Positions 19,681 through 28,650 of a stretch of 64,000 nucleotides of DNA are shown here, in pieces (the first letter of the stretch is position 1; each line of letters opens with the position of its first letter). A model generated the notes under the pieces. It saw only the letters and a program-made list of their open reading frames with translations. It was not told where the DNA came from and did not search any database. The translations under genes were made by a program, and so were the position numbers. The stretch is from Candidatus Saccharimonadales bacterium (lineage in GTDB: Bacteria > Patescibacteriota > Saccharimonadia > Saccharimonadales > SZUA-47), in contig JBGSRU010000002.1 in assembly GCA_041737385.1 (NCBI GenBank), forward strand, positions 56,761 to 120,760. The letters are read 5' to 3'.

Positions 19681-20550
19681 ATGTTCATACAGGGACGAAA
19701 ACGTATACTATTTGCTAAGATGTTTTTATTTATTATTGCTATATTGCTTGTACTGTTTTTCATATTGCTATTTTCGCTCAGTTCGCGGGATAGAAAAGTG
19801 CTTTTTAGCAAAGAACGTATTTTTTCATTCAACTACACCACTCGCCACTATCTCGTTAGTGAGCCCAAGCAAATAACCAAAGAGTCGAAACTCATAGTTG
19901 GTTTGCACGGCTTTGGAGACACACCGATGAGGTTTGTTTACTATACCGGCCTGCATAACGCAGCAAACGAAAATGATCTTGTTATCTATCCGAAGGCAAG
20001 CCCAGCAACCGTTCCGGGGCAGAAACCAGGCTGGAACGCAGGCTTTTGTTGTGGTAGTGGCTGGGTAAACAAAATTGACGACGCTGGTTTCATTGTTGCT
20101 TTGGTTACGGACCTTGCAAAGACGTACAACATTGATGCATCACGAATTTATGTGACCGGCTTCTCTAACGGTGCTTTTATGACAGAGCGACTCGCCACTG
20201 ACTATCCTGACATATTCCAAGCATTTGCACCGCGATCCGGTAGTATTGGCACGGTCGACTCGAGGCTTGAACCAAAAACACCTGTTCCAATGTTACTCAG
20301 TCACGGAGAAAAAGACACAACTGTACCGTTTAATGGTGGCGTTGGTGGCTCAGATCCTGATTTTACTTGGATTTCTTTCACCGACACTGTAGGAGTGTGG
20401 AAAGATGTAAACGGCGACTCGGTAGAAACGAAAACAATAATGCACAAAGATGATGCGCATAGCTGGCATGATTGGCGATTATTTAATTTTTGGCACAGAA
20501 CACCAGAAGGCAGTCGAGACGTCGTAGAGTTCTTTAACCGTAATTCTTGA
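19681..20550 (+). CDS. Alpha/beta-hydrolase esterase of the PHB-depolymerase/LpqC-like family, membrane anchored
   Basis: N-terminal TM helix; nucleophile elbow GFSNGAFM; oxyanion HGFGDT. Confidence 0.6.
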   Translation: MFIQGRKRILFAKMFLFIIAILLVLFFILLFSLSSRDRKVLFSKERIFSFNYTTRHYLVSEPKQITKESKLIVGLHGFGDTPMRFVYYTGLHNAANENDLVIYPKASPATVPGQKPGWNAGFCCGSGWVNKIDDAGFIVALVTDLAKTYNIDASRIYVTGFSNGAFMTERLATDYPDIFQAFAPRSGSIGTVDSRLEPKTPVPMLLSHGEKDTTVPFNGGVGGSDPDFTWISFTDTVGVWKDVNGDSVETKTIMHKDDAHSWHDWRLFNFWHRTPEGSRDVVEFFNRNS

Positions 20551-20817
20551 AAAAGATAAGTAACGAAAGACAAACAGTATGAAGATAATTAAATTAGTTC
20601 TAACTGATGTTGTAGCGGATGCTGAGAACGGTGGCTTCGTTGAGGCAATGGAGAGATTTGTTGTAGAAGAAAACTGCAAGTAAATGCTTCTGATAAAACA
20701 GTAGCACTTTAAAAATATTTTATTTTGTGGTATAGTTATAGTATCAAGTGTCTTCGAGACGTATTACATCTTTGAACGTAAAAACTACAAATATCTATAC
20801 CTGAAAAAAACGAAGCT

Positions 20818-21864
20818 TTGTCTTGCAACATAAAGAAAGGCAGTGTATTTAATTTGAAAAAAATTAACCAGCATATTGAAATTGTACGTTCATCCATAAA
20901 GTCGCAAAGCTCTATGAGCCAGCCATCATGTGACGCGCTATATATGCTTTTATCGAAACATTACTCCAACGTCGGAGTCACTACTGTCAATGACCTACAA
21001 GATTTAGAAGGCTTAACAGCCATGCAACCCGACGTCGTTTTCTTGGGCCTGCAGTCAATCCGAGATGTATCATCAGACAAAAGAGACGGCAAGATCTGGC
21101 TTTCTAAATACTTCGATGACCGCGGTATTGTTTATACGGGATCGAACGAATCAGCGCATAAATTAGAGAAAGATAAATCATTAGCTAAAAAGCAAGTCTT
21201 AAGTGCTGGATTAAACACGGCAGCGTATTTTGTCTCTGAGCAGAATTACCCACTCTTAGAAGTAGCAAATACGCTAAAATTTCCACTATTCGTGAAGCCA
21301 ACAGATAGAGGTGGCGGACTTGGCATAAATAGCCTCTCAGTTGTTCGTAACTTTTCGCAGTTGCAAGCAAAAGTACTTTCAATAGCTGAAAAGCATGGTT
21401 CAGATTCACTTATAGAAGAATACCTCGATGGTCGCGAATTCAGCGTCGCAATTATGAGGAAGCAGGGAACAGATAATTATTTTGCTATGCCACTTGAGCT
21501 CATTGCGCCTGAGGACGAGTTTGGCTCTCGGCTATTGAGCGAATCCGTCAAAAGCCAAGATACTGAAACATTTACTGAGATTCTAGACCTCGCCCTAAAA
21601 GAAAAATTAGCTACGTTTGCTAAAGAAATATTCACCGCCTTAAACGCTAGAGACTATGGCCGAATCGATATACGACTTGACTCAGAAGGAGAGCCGCAAT
21701 TTCTTGAAGCCAACCTCATCCCAAGCTTATTGGAGTTTTATGGCAACTTTCCGAAAGCATGCATGCTGAACGAAAATATTGATTACGAATCAATGGTGCT
21801 TAGTATCGTTGCTTTAGCACTAGAACGACAGACTAAGAGCAAAGTGCTTGTCGAATATAATTAG
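20818..21864 (+). CDS. ddl: D-alanine--D-alanine ligase-family ATP-grasp enzyme with a divergent N-terminal domain
   Basis: YTGSNESAHKLEKDKSLAKK, FPLFVKPTDRGGGLGI, EEYLDGREFSVAIM and RIDIRLDSEGEPQFLEANLIPSL match Ddl blocks. The ORF in the track begins with TTG; the true start is uncertain (a TTG at ~20854 has an AAGAAAGG ribosome-binding site). Confidence 0.65.
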   Translation: MSCNIKKGSVFNLKKINQHIEIVRSSIKSQSSMSQPSCDALYMLLSKHYSNVGVTTVNDLQDLEGLTAMQPDVVFLGLQSIRDVSSDKRDGKIWLSKYFDDRGIVYTGSNESAHKLEKDKSLAKKQVLSAGLNTAAYFVSEQNYPLLEVANTLKFPLFVKPTDRGGGLGINSLSVVRNFSQLQAKVLSIAEKHGSDSLIEEYLDGREFSVAIMRKQGTDNYFAMPLELIAPEDEFGSRLLSESVKSQDTETFTEILDLALKEKLATFAKEIFTALNARDYGRIDIRLDSEGEPQFLEANLIPSLLEFYGNFPKACMLNENIDYESMVLSIVALALERQTKSKVLVEYN

Positions 21865-21896
21865 TAGATATCTGTACTAGTCAGCGTTTGTCTACA

Positions 21897-22151
21897 CTAA
21901 ACAATAGATAGTTTTGTAGCTAACTCTTGGTTGGATGGCTCAGACAGGATGCTCCCGTCCGAAAAAATAATAGTTGGGATGCTTTTGTAGCCTTTGTTTA
22001 TCCTTACTACTTCTTGTGCTGCGCTTGGATCTTCATCAATATCAATTGATGTAAACGGTATATTGTTATCTTCAAGAAATCGTTTGCTCCGACGGCAGTC
22101 TGCGCACCAACTCGCGCCGTAAAACTGGGTTATGTGTAGATTTTCGCTCAT
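21897..22151 (-). CDS. Mycoredoxin-like glutaredoxin-fold redoxin (WCADC active site)
   Basis: FYGASWCADCRRSKRFL...SIPTIIFSDGSILSEPSNQELATKL has the same architecture as actinobacterial Mrx1 (SWCGYC...TVPTV.FADGS.LTNPS). The start codon overlaps the stop of the upstream LmbE-like gene (ATGA). Confidence 0.65.
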   Translation of the reverse strand: MSENLHITQFYGASWCADCRRSKRFLEDNNIPFTSIDIDEDPSAAQEVVRINKGYKSIPTIIFSDGSILSEPSNQELATKLSIV

Positions 22152-22882
22152 GATATGTTTAACCTCACAAATGATTCCGCGAGTTCGCAAGCGGCTATTT
22201 TCCCTCTTTCAGCCGCGAGCATTTGCATCTTTTTTGTCGTGCCTTGCACGTCTTCAACTTGACTACTATGCGCTGTAATCGCCCGGATTTTCACTGCGAA
22301 TGTATCAGTGATGTCTTCATAGTAGTTACAAATGTTCGGATCCATATTTATAAGTAATAATGTTTTCGTTTTATGGCTCTCGAAACCCTCTTTAAACAAA
22401 CTCGGTATACTTAAGTGATCTCTTGCGAGCGGGAAGACAGCATCGACCGTCGCTTGGCCAACTGCACGGTGATCAGGATGGTTAATGAATCCAGTAGGGG
22501 CATAATAGAGCACTGTTGGATCCATTGTTATAACAACGTCAGGTTTGATACGCCTAATTTCACGTACGATATCTTTTTTTAGATTCATCGTTACTTCAAG
22601 CTCACCATCTGCATAGTTTAGAAAACGAACGTTTTTCCCGCCGACAATCGCAACCGCATCACGCTGTTCGTCTATACGTATTTTTATTAGTTCAGCGGAG
22701 CTTATATCTTTTTCGCTGCCTTTGCTACCATCGGTTACTATCAGATAGTGTACTTCGGCGCCTTGTTTGACATACTTCGCTAGGGTGCCACTCGCGCCGT
22801 AGTCAAGATCATCTGGATGCGCAGCTATTCCTAGCACAATCGTAGGATTTAGGTTATTTTTCTGGATAGTATGGTTAGTCAT
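22148..22882 (-). CDS. LmbE/PIG-L-family N-acetylglucosaminyl deacetylase (MshB/BshB-like)
   Basis: Zinc-binding motif LGIAAHPDDLDYG (AHPDD), HPDH, and the overall LmbE fold. Confidence 0.8.
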   Translation of the reverse strand: MTNHTIQKNNLNPTIVLGIAAHPDDLDYGASGTLAKYVKQGAEVHYLIVTDGSKGSEKDISSAELIKIRIDEQRDAVAIVGGKNVRFLNYADGELEVTMNLKKDIVREIRRIKPDVVITMDPTVLYYAPTGFINHPDHRAVGQATVDAVFPLARDHLSIPSLFKEGFESHKTKTLLLINMDPNICNYYEDITDTFAVKIRAITAHSSQVEDVQGTTKKMQMLAAERGKIAACELAESFVRLNIS

Positions 22883-22924
22883 TGCTAGTATTTTACCATT
22901 ATTGCTGCGTCTATAGGCTATACT

Positions 22925-24109
22925 ATGTATAGTATGAAATTATATAATACAGAATCTAAAAAATATGATTCTCCAAACTTTACTGACGAAGTGTCTATCT
23001 ATGTCTGCGGCATTACCCCGTATGATTCTGCACATTTAGGTCATATTTTTACCTTTATGACATACGATTTACTCGCAAGACGGCTAGAAGACGCTGGCAA
23101 AAAAGTGAAAATGGTCAGAAACATTACTGATGTTGATGAACCGATGTATGTGAAGGCCGAAGAGCTTGGCACTGATTATATGAGCCTCGCAGACACAGAG
23201 ATAAAGTCTTTTGATGAGTCTCTTAGCAAGTTACGATTCATGCCAGTGTATGCTGCTCCTCGCGCAAGCCAGTACATAGAGCAGATGTCCAAGGCCGTTG
23301 AGCGCTTACTTGCTACTAATTATGCCTATAGACTAGAAAACGGCGATATATATTTTGACACCAAAAAAGTAGCTGATTTTGGTTCATTCGCAGGGTTCAG
23401 TGAAAATTTACTGTTGGCACTTTTTAAAGAAAGGGGCGGCAATCCTGACGAAGAAGGCAAGCGAAACAAGCTTGATTTCTTACTATGGAAACAAATCCAC
23501 GACGCGGCAGACAGTGCGCAGTGGGAGACAGCCCTTGGAAGCGGTCGGCCTGGCTGGCATATAGAATGTAGCGTTATGAGTAGTGCGCTGTTAGGAGATA
23601 CTTTTGCGATTCACGGTGGCGGAAGCGATCTCATATTCCCGCATCATGAGTGTGAAATCGCGCAATCAATTGCACTAAACGGCGTAAAGCCTGCCTTATT
23701 GTGGCTACACGTGTACCCGATGTTACTTGCAGGTGAGAAGATGAGCAAAAGTCTCGGCAACATGGTGTTCGCCAAAGATCTTCTAGAGACGTATGACGGT
23801 GCAGTTATTCGTTTAGCACTTATGCACTATCATCATAGAATCGGCGGAGAATGGCAGCCAGAGTTGCTGACACATGCAGAAAAATTATTGAACCAAGTTA
23901 CAGAATATAAAGCTGGAACGTCACTAACGGTTGCGAACCAACTACTCGGTGATGTGCGCACGGCATTAGATGATGACCTGAACACACTTGAAGTAATCGA
24001 TGCAATCCAAGAATTTATCATTTCTTCTGAGAATGTTGATGATATAGACAGAACCACTGAATCAGAAGCCATCGTAAACCAAACACTTAGCTTACTTGGG
24101 CTGGTATAA
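22925..24109 (+). CDS. Short class-I CysRS paralog (394 aa): either MshC-like cysteine ligase or a minimal cysteinyl-tRNA synthetase
   Basis: VCGITPYDSAHLGH (HIGH-like HLGH), zinc ligands WHIECS, and KMSKS at ~aa 272. Only ~120 aa follow KMSKS, against ~190 in canonical CysRS, and the total length matches MshC (~410 aa). Confidence 0.6.
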   Translation: MYSMKLYNTESKKYDSPNFTDEVSIYVCGITPYDSAHLGHIFTFMTYDLLARRLEDAGKKVKMVRNITDVDEPMYVKAEELGTDYMSLADTEIKSFDESLSKLRFMPVYAAPRASQYIEQMSKAVERLLATNYAYRLENGDIYFDTKKVADFGSFAGFSENLLLALFKERGGNPDEEGKRNKLDFLLWKQIHDAADSAQWETALGSGRPGWHIECSVMSSALLGDTFAIHGGGSDLIFPHHECEIAQSIALNGVKPALLWLHVYPMLLAGEKMSKSLGNMVFAKDLLETYDGAVIRLALMHYHHRIGGEWQPELLTHAEKLLNQVTEYKAGTSLTVANQLLGDVRTALDDDLNTLEVIDAIQEFIISSENVDDIDRTTESEAIVNQTLSLLGLV

Positions 24110-24165
24110 AAAACTGTTTCTAAAGTAAACCAACTAATGACAGCTTACAGGAGTACAATGAGGAT

Positions 24166-25290
24166 GTGCATATTCCTAAAAAAGCAGTTATTGCTGTAAT
24201 TGCGCTTCTACTAGTGGTTGCTGCTGGTGTTGGTGTTAATAGTTATTTCAACAAAGACCAAGATCCATATGTGTCACTGGCCCAACCAGAACTTCCTGAT
24301 CCGCCGTTGAAAGAACTTGCTGAGCGCCGTGGAGTTCAGATCGGCTCATTTGCGTCACTCAAATACCTACGGGAGCGTGCTTATACAAGTATTCTCGCTT
24401 CGGAATTTGAATACGCGATAATTGACGGCGAACCTAACTGGCGTTTTGAAGACCATGCACTTCGCCCAACTAAAGATACGTTTGATTTTGCAGATATGGA
24501 CCTAGTATTTGATTTTGCAGACCAGAACGATATGCCGGTAAGAGTGCAGCATATGCTTTGGGGAGACGACAAATGGTTGCCTGATTGGCTGACGCAGGGT
24601 AATTTCAGCCGTGCTGAACTTCTCGATATTATTCAAAATCACATTCAAACAGTTGGAACGAGGTATAAAGGCAAGGTTCGCGAGTATACAGTTGTCAACG
24701 AAGCTTTTAGCCGAGAACTTAAAACTGGCGGTAATGAAGATTGGTGGGGAAAGGAACTTGGAAGAGAATATATTGATAATGCTTTCGTGTGGGCTCGTGA
24801 GGCAGATCCAAACGCGATATTGATTTTGAACGATTTTGGTAACGAAACAGAAGGCGATACATCAAACTTGATGTATGACTATATTAAAGACGCAAAATCA
24901 CGAGGTATTCCAATAGATGCTCTTGGCATGCAGATGCATATAAGTAATTCAAACCCACCATCTACTGAAAAAGTTGTTTCAAATATGAAAAGATTTGCTG
25001 ACTTAGGGTTAAAAATATATATCACAGAATTTGATGTAAATATGCATGACGCAGAGGGAACTGGTGAGGAAAAGGACGCAAGACAAGCAGAAATTTATGT
25101 AGATATGTTGAACGCTTGCTTGCAAGTTGGGCCTGATGTTTGCCCTAACTTTGGGTTTCTTGGGTTGATCGATCGTCAGAGCTGGTATAACGGAATTGGA
25201 CTTGATGATGCAGACCCATTGTTGTTCCGCAGTGACTACTCACCAAAGCCGTCATTCTTTGCGATTCGTGAAGCCTTGCAGAATCAATAG
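24166..25290 (+). CDS. Glycoside hydrolase family 10 (xylanase-like), N-terminal membrane anchor
   Basis: GH10 acid/base block YTVVNEAF and nucleophile block IYITEFDV; N-terminal TM/signal segment. Confidence 0.65.
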   Translation: MHIPKKAVIAVIALLLVVAAGVGVNSYFNKDQDPYVSLAQPELPDPPLKELAERRGVQIGSFASLKYLRERAYTSILASEFEYAIIDGEPNWRFEDHALRPTKDTFDFADMDLVFDFADQNDMPVRVQHMLWGDDKWLPDWLTQGNFSRAELLDIIQNHIQTVGTRYKGKVREYTVVNEAFSRELKTGGNEDWWGKELGREYIDNAFVWAREADPNAILILNDFGNETEGDTSNLMYDYIKDAKSRGIPIDALGMQMHISNSNPPSTEKVVSNMKRFADLGLKIYITEFDVNMHDAEGTGEEKDARQAEIYVDMLNACLQVGPDVCPNFGFLGLIDRQSWYNGIGLDDADPLLFRSDYSPKPSFFAIREALQNQ

Positions 25291-25362
25291 GAAAGTTTAC
25301 TGAGCTTTATCACGCTGAATGCTATTTGCTCCGGTGTTCGATATACCTCCACTAAACTAAAT

Positions 25363-25396
25363 AAAAGAGCCCGTCTTTTCAGACGGGCTCTTTTGT
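25363..25396. terminator. Bidirectional Rho-independent terminator between convergent genes
   Basis: AAAA-GAGCCCGTCT-tttc-AGACGGGCTC-TTTTGT: a perfect 10-bp stem flanked by an A-run and a T-run. Confidence 0.75.
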
Positions 25397-25448
25397 CTGG
25401 CTGAGCTTACAAGCATAGCAGCCACGACTCAAGCAGTACTACGAATGA

Positions 25449-25640
25449 TTAGTAGGCTTTTTCTGCGCCTTCTTTGACTGCTTTTTCAGCGTTATCTTTA
25501 GACATCATTGCACAAACAGTTGTTCCACATTTCTCGTGCTTACCTTTAGCCATGAAACCACCTTTTGCAGTTTGATGAATCGCTGGTGCTGATAAATCAA
25601 CGCCTTTTTCCTTACATTTAACGCAATATCCTGTAACCAT
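25449..25640 (-). CDS. Small zinc-ribbon protein (Cys4), 63 aa
   Basis: MVTGYCVKCKEK...KCGTTVC (CxxC...Cx4C). I use the internal ATG because an AAGGAG ribosome-binding site precedes it; the 80-aa ORF in the track is an upstream extension. Confidence 0.5.
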   Translation of the reverse strand: MVTGYCVKCKEKGVDLSAPAIHQTAKGGFMAKGKHEKCGTTVCAMMSKDNAEKAVKEGAEKAY

Positions 25641-26012
25641 GTCTATCTCCTTAAATTTTGTATATTGTTGCATTATAGCGTCTTTTTGCAACAGCCCATA
25701 ACTAAAAGTATAAATCTATCTATATGACAGTACTTTACTGAGGCGGATCATCGCAGCCTAAAGCGTTCCTTTACACTTAGGCTGCTGCAGCACCAAACGT
25801 GACATAAACAATTGTATTTACGGATCTGGAACTGTCAAGGCACCATTTCTATTAGAGTAAGGATTAAAATTTTTAGATAAGAGTATACTTTAAAATATAG
25901 ACCTAGCTAGAAACTATTTTTATATCCATAGTACTATGAGCAAATGCAATGAAAAAATTAGAGACTTGTCTTTTTGCAAAATGATCTTGAAGGATTCGAA
26001 TAAGCTTCATAA

Positions 26013-27215
26013 ATGAATCATATTGAAAACAAAACTAAACTGAAAAGAACGCTTGGCTGGAAGACCTACGCACTATATGGTCTTGGTAATATTCTAGGCG
26101 CCGGAATATACGTTTTAGTTGGAGAAGTGGCAAAAGAGGCCGGCAACGGCGCTATATGGTCATTTTTGATCGCGGGCATCGTAGCTGCCTTTACGGCGGT
26201 TACCTACACTGCTCTGGCAAAAAAATACCCTGTAAGCGCAGGGGAAGCTATCTATGCCAAGCGTGCTTTTGGATCTAAAAAGCTCAGCCTCATGGTTGGA
26301 TTAACTCTGGCGTTTTCTGGTGTCGTATCAGCGGGTGTACTTCTTAATGGTTTTGCTAATTACGCATCAGAGTTGTTTGATATATCTCGATATATTTATA
26401 TCATCGTCGGCTTACTGCTGTTCTTGGCGGTTGCAATTAAGGGCATCGCTGAATCAGCGCGGATAGCCGTTCTGCTGACTATAGTCGAATTTTTAGGACT
26501 TCTTTTAGTCATTCTAGTTTCATTATTTAGTGCTGACTTCTTAACAAATGCAACTAGTGTGTTGACTAGTAGTTTTGACGGCGGAGGCCTTTCGATATTT
26601 TTTGGTACATTCTTGGCTTTTTATGCATTTATTGGGTTTGAGGATATGGTTAATATCGCAGAAGAAGTGAAAAACCCAAAGGTTAACTTAAAGAAAGGTA
26701 TGTTGAGTGCACTTGCAGTTTCATCTGTACTCTACGTGCTTATTGCAATTGTCGCCTTGTCAGTTATTCCTGCAGCTACTTTGGGTGAGTCTAACGCACC
26801 GTTAGCAGACGTATTCAAGACGGCAACAGGAAGCACCCTGCCAATAATTACAATAATCGGCGTCTTCGCTATTATTAACGGTGTGCTTGCTCAAATTATT
26901 ATGAGCTCTCGTGTTTTGTATGGGTTGTCGTCAGAAAAGCTCATTCCTAATTGGTTTGGTCGGGTTCATAGTCGTTTTCAAACTCCTGTTAACGCTTCTG
27001 CCTTTGTCGCAGCTTTGATGTTACTAGTTGCATTAATTTTCCCACTGGCTATACTGGCAAACATTACCAGCTTCGCTCTTCTTATTATCTTTAGTATTGT
27101 TCAGCTTTCTGCTCTGCGGTTGCGTCACCAAATTAGGCTCCCAAACTCAGTACCAATTATTGGGCTTATCCTCAATACGGCAATAATGCTAATTCAGATT
27201 TTCCAATGGCTATAA
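26013..27215 (+). CDS. APC-family amino acid permease
   Basis: Twelve-TM profile with the APC N-terminus GLGNILGAGIYVLVGEVA. Confidence 0.75.
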   Translation: MNHIENKTKLKRTLGWKTYALYGLGNILGAGIYVLVGEVAKEAGNGAIWSFLIAGIVAAFTAVTYTALAKKYPVSAGEAIYAKRAFGSKKLSLMVGLTLAFSGVVSAGVLLNGFANYASELFDISRYIYIIVGLLLFLAVAIKGIAESARIAVLLTIVEFLGLLLVILVSLFSADFLTNATSVLTSSFDGGGLSIFFGTFLAFYAFIGFEDMVNIAEEVKNPKVNLKKGMLSALAVSSVLYVLIAIVALSVIPAATLGESNAPLADVFKTATGSTLPIITIIGVFAIINGVLAQIIMSSRVLYGLSSEKLIPNWFGRVHSRFQTPVNASAFVAALMLLVALIFPLAILANITSFALLIIFSIVQLSALRLRHQIRLPNSVPIIGLILNTAIMLIQIFQWL

Positions 27216-27288
27216 CCGTAATGTTTGAGCAATCGGTGCCTCGGAGAATCCGCCACTCGAATTTCCATAATACTGTTACAATTAGACT

Positions 27289-27777
27289 ATGAAGATAGTC
27301 CAAAAAGAATACTTGCAAAGTGCTATGTTTGGCTTTAATGACGCACTCGTTTCAACGACAGGAGTAATAGTCGGAGTGAGCACTGGTACTAGTAGTAGGG
27401 ATGTGGTAGTTCTGGCTGGCGTAGTGACCATATTGGTTGAAGCAATATCTATGGGAGCAGGGCAGTACTCTAGCTCTAAGTCCGCGCACCAATTAGACAA
27501 ATCTGATTCATTTAAAGTGCCACTAATAAGTGGCGTTATTATGTTTGTTTCCTACTTTTTAGCTGGGCTGGTTCCGTTGCTACCTATTTTGATCTTCCCT
27601 ATGGAGTATTCGCGCAACGTGGCCATAGTAGCCGCTCTCATTGGCTTGTTTATCCTTGGTTACTTTAAAGGTCGAATCGTGAAAGTGTCTCCGATCAAGA
27701 GCGCCCTAGAAATACTGATAATTGGTGGTTTAGCGACTGCGGTTGGTCTTGTCGTCGGTAATGTTCTAGCTGTTTGA
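27289..27777 (+). CDS. VIT1/CCC1-family iron/manganese transporter (short form)
   Basis: FGFNDALVSTTGVIVGVS and EAISMGAGQY motifs of the VIT family. Confidence 0.6.
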   Translation: MKIVQKEYLQSAMFGFNDALVSTTGVIVGVSTGTSSRDVVVLAGVVTILVEAISMGAGQYSSSKSAHQLDKSDSFKVPLISGVIMFVSYFLAGLVPLLPILIFPMEYSRNVAIVAALIGLFILGYFKGRIVKVSPIKSALEILIIGGLATAVGLVVGNVLAV

Positions 27778-27859
27778 CGTCTACTTATAGCAGAGCACAG
27801 CGGTCTGAACTTTTTAGCCTATGCATAGTTTCTATGAACGATAGCCCTAAATAGGTCCG

Positions 27860-28030
27860 CTATTTTTCTACCCGCACGTCTTTGAACGGTGATCTATCAG
27901 ACTTAACTTTAATGAATCTTCCAGTTATTGTGTCACGTTCTGTGTATCTCTTAGTTTTAAGATTAAGTAGTTGTGAGCGGTGTTTAATACGGCCTATTCT
28001 TCCATGTCCTTTTGGTCCATTTATTGCCAT
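27860..28030 (-). CDS. Small basic hypothetical protein (56 aa; below the ORF-track cutoff)
   Basis: ATG preceded by a strong GGAGGAA ribosome-binding site; MAINGPKGHGRIGRIKHRSQ...; no family recognised. Confidence 0.4.
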   Translation of the reverse strand: MAINGPKGHGRIGRIKHRSQLLNLKTKRYTERDTITGRFIKVKSDRSPFKDVRVEK

Positions 28031-28306
28031 ACATTCCTCCTAACTTTTAAGTATTGCTCTATTAAGTCTAGTATAGCACCGAACAGGATGGCCGGAAGGG
28101 AGCGGGCTAATTTCATGCTTGATCCCAGAGAATTCTAGAGGTCCGTCCTCTAACAGAGTAGGATTTCGTGAATTATGAGAACTAACTCAGCTGCAGCTGT
28201 AATAATTATGACATGTGTAGCTAACATTAAAAGCAAAGACCATTCTCATGTGAGACATAAGGCATCACGAAGCGGCTGGAATGAAGGGATTCAAGTTCTT
28301 GCTTCC

Positions 28307-28380
28307 TGGCTGGGAATGAGGGATTCGAACCCCCGATCGCGGAACCAGAATCCGCTGCCTTACCACTTGGCCAATTCCCA
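28307..28380 (-). tRNA. tRNA-Gln (anticodon CUG), CCA encoded
   Basis: The reverse complement folds as a cloverleaf: acceptor UGGGAAU/AUUCCCA with U1-A72 and discriminator G73 (a bacterial tRNA-Gln hallmark), 3-bp D stem GCC/GGC, anticodon stem GCGGA/UCCGC with loop UUCUGGU, and T arm GGGGG-UUCGAAU-CCCUC. Confidence 0.9.
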
Positions 28381-28412
28381 GCTTAGCCAGAAAGTAAAAA
28401 CTCGAAATTGTT

Positions 28413-28565
28413 AATTTGGGATTCGAGTCACCTTTGGCGACCCCGAAACTTACGTACTGTAAACAAGTTTACAATCTGAAAGGTTTCCTTGCAAACTGTC
28501 ACCGGCAGTTTTCACCCAGAATGCTGGTACCAGAAACAAGTACCTTACCATTTGGCCAATTCCCA
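28413..28565 (-). pseudogene. Degenerate second tRNA-Gln(CUG)-like copy with an ~80-nt insertion and a damaged 3' half
   Basis: The first 26 nt are 25/26 identical to the tRNA-Gln 5' end, and an anticodon arm CUUGU-UUCUGGU-ACCAG follows (one mismatch). About 80 extra nt come next, then a T-arm remnant CGGGG..UCGAAUCCC and an acceptor 3' strand AAUCCCA with no CCA. Confidence 0.5.
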
Positions 28566-28650
28566 TCGTCGATCTCGTAACGATTAGCGCACCAATCGAG
28601 TCTTCTCCTCCCAAATTTGACATAAGAATGCCAAATTTGAAAGAGCTACT

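Noticed and set aside
20579-20683. 34-aa ORF (MKIIKLVLTDVVADAENGGFVEAMERFVVEENCK) upstream of the ATP-grasp gene; considered as a possible RiPP/graspetide precursor
   Set aside because: The downstream ATP-grasp enzyme aligns block-for-block with D-Ala-D-Ala ligase, not with microviridin-type ligases. The peptide has a weak ribosome-binding site and no conserved leader motif, so it is probably a chance ORF.
28175-28414. 79-aa plus-strand ORF in the track
   Set aside because: It lies antisense across tRNA-Gln and its flank. This is an ORF-caller artefact, not a gene.
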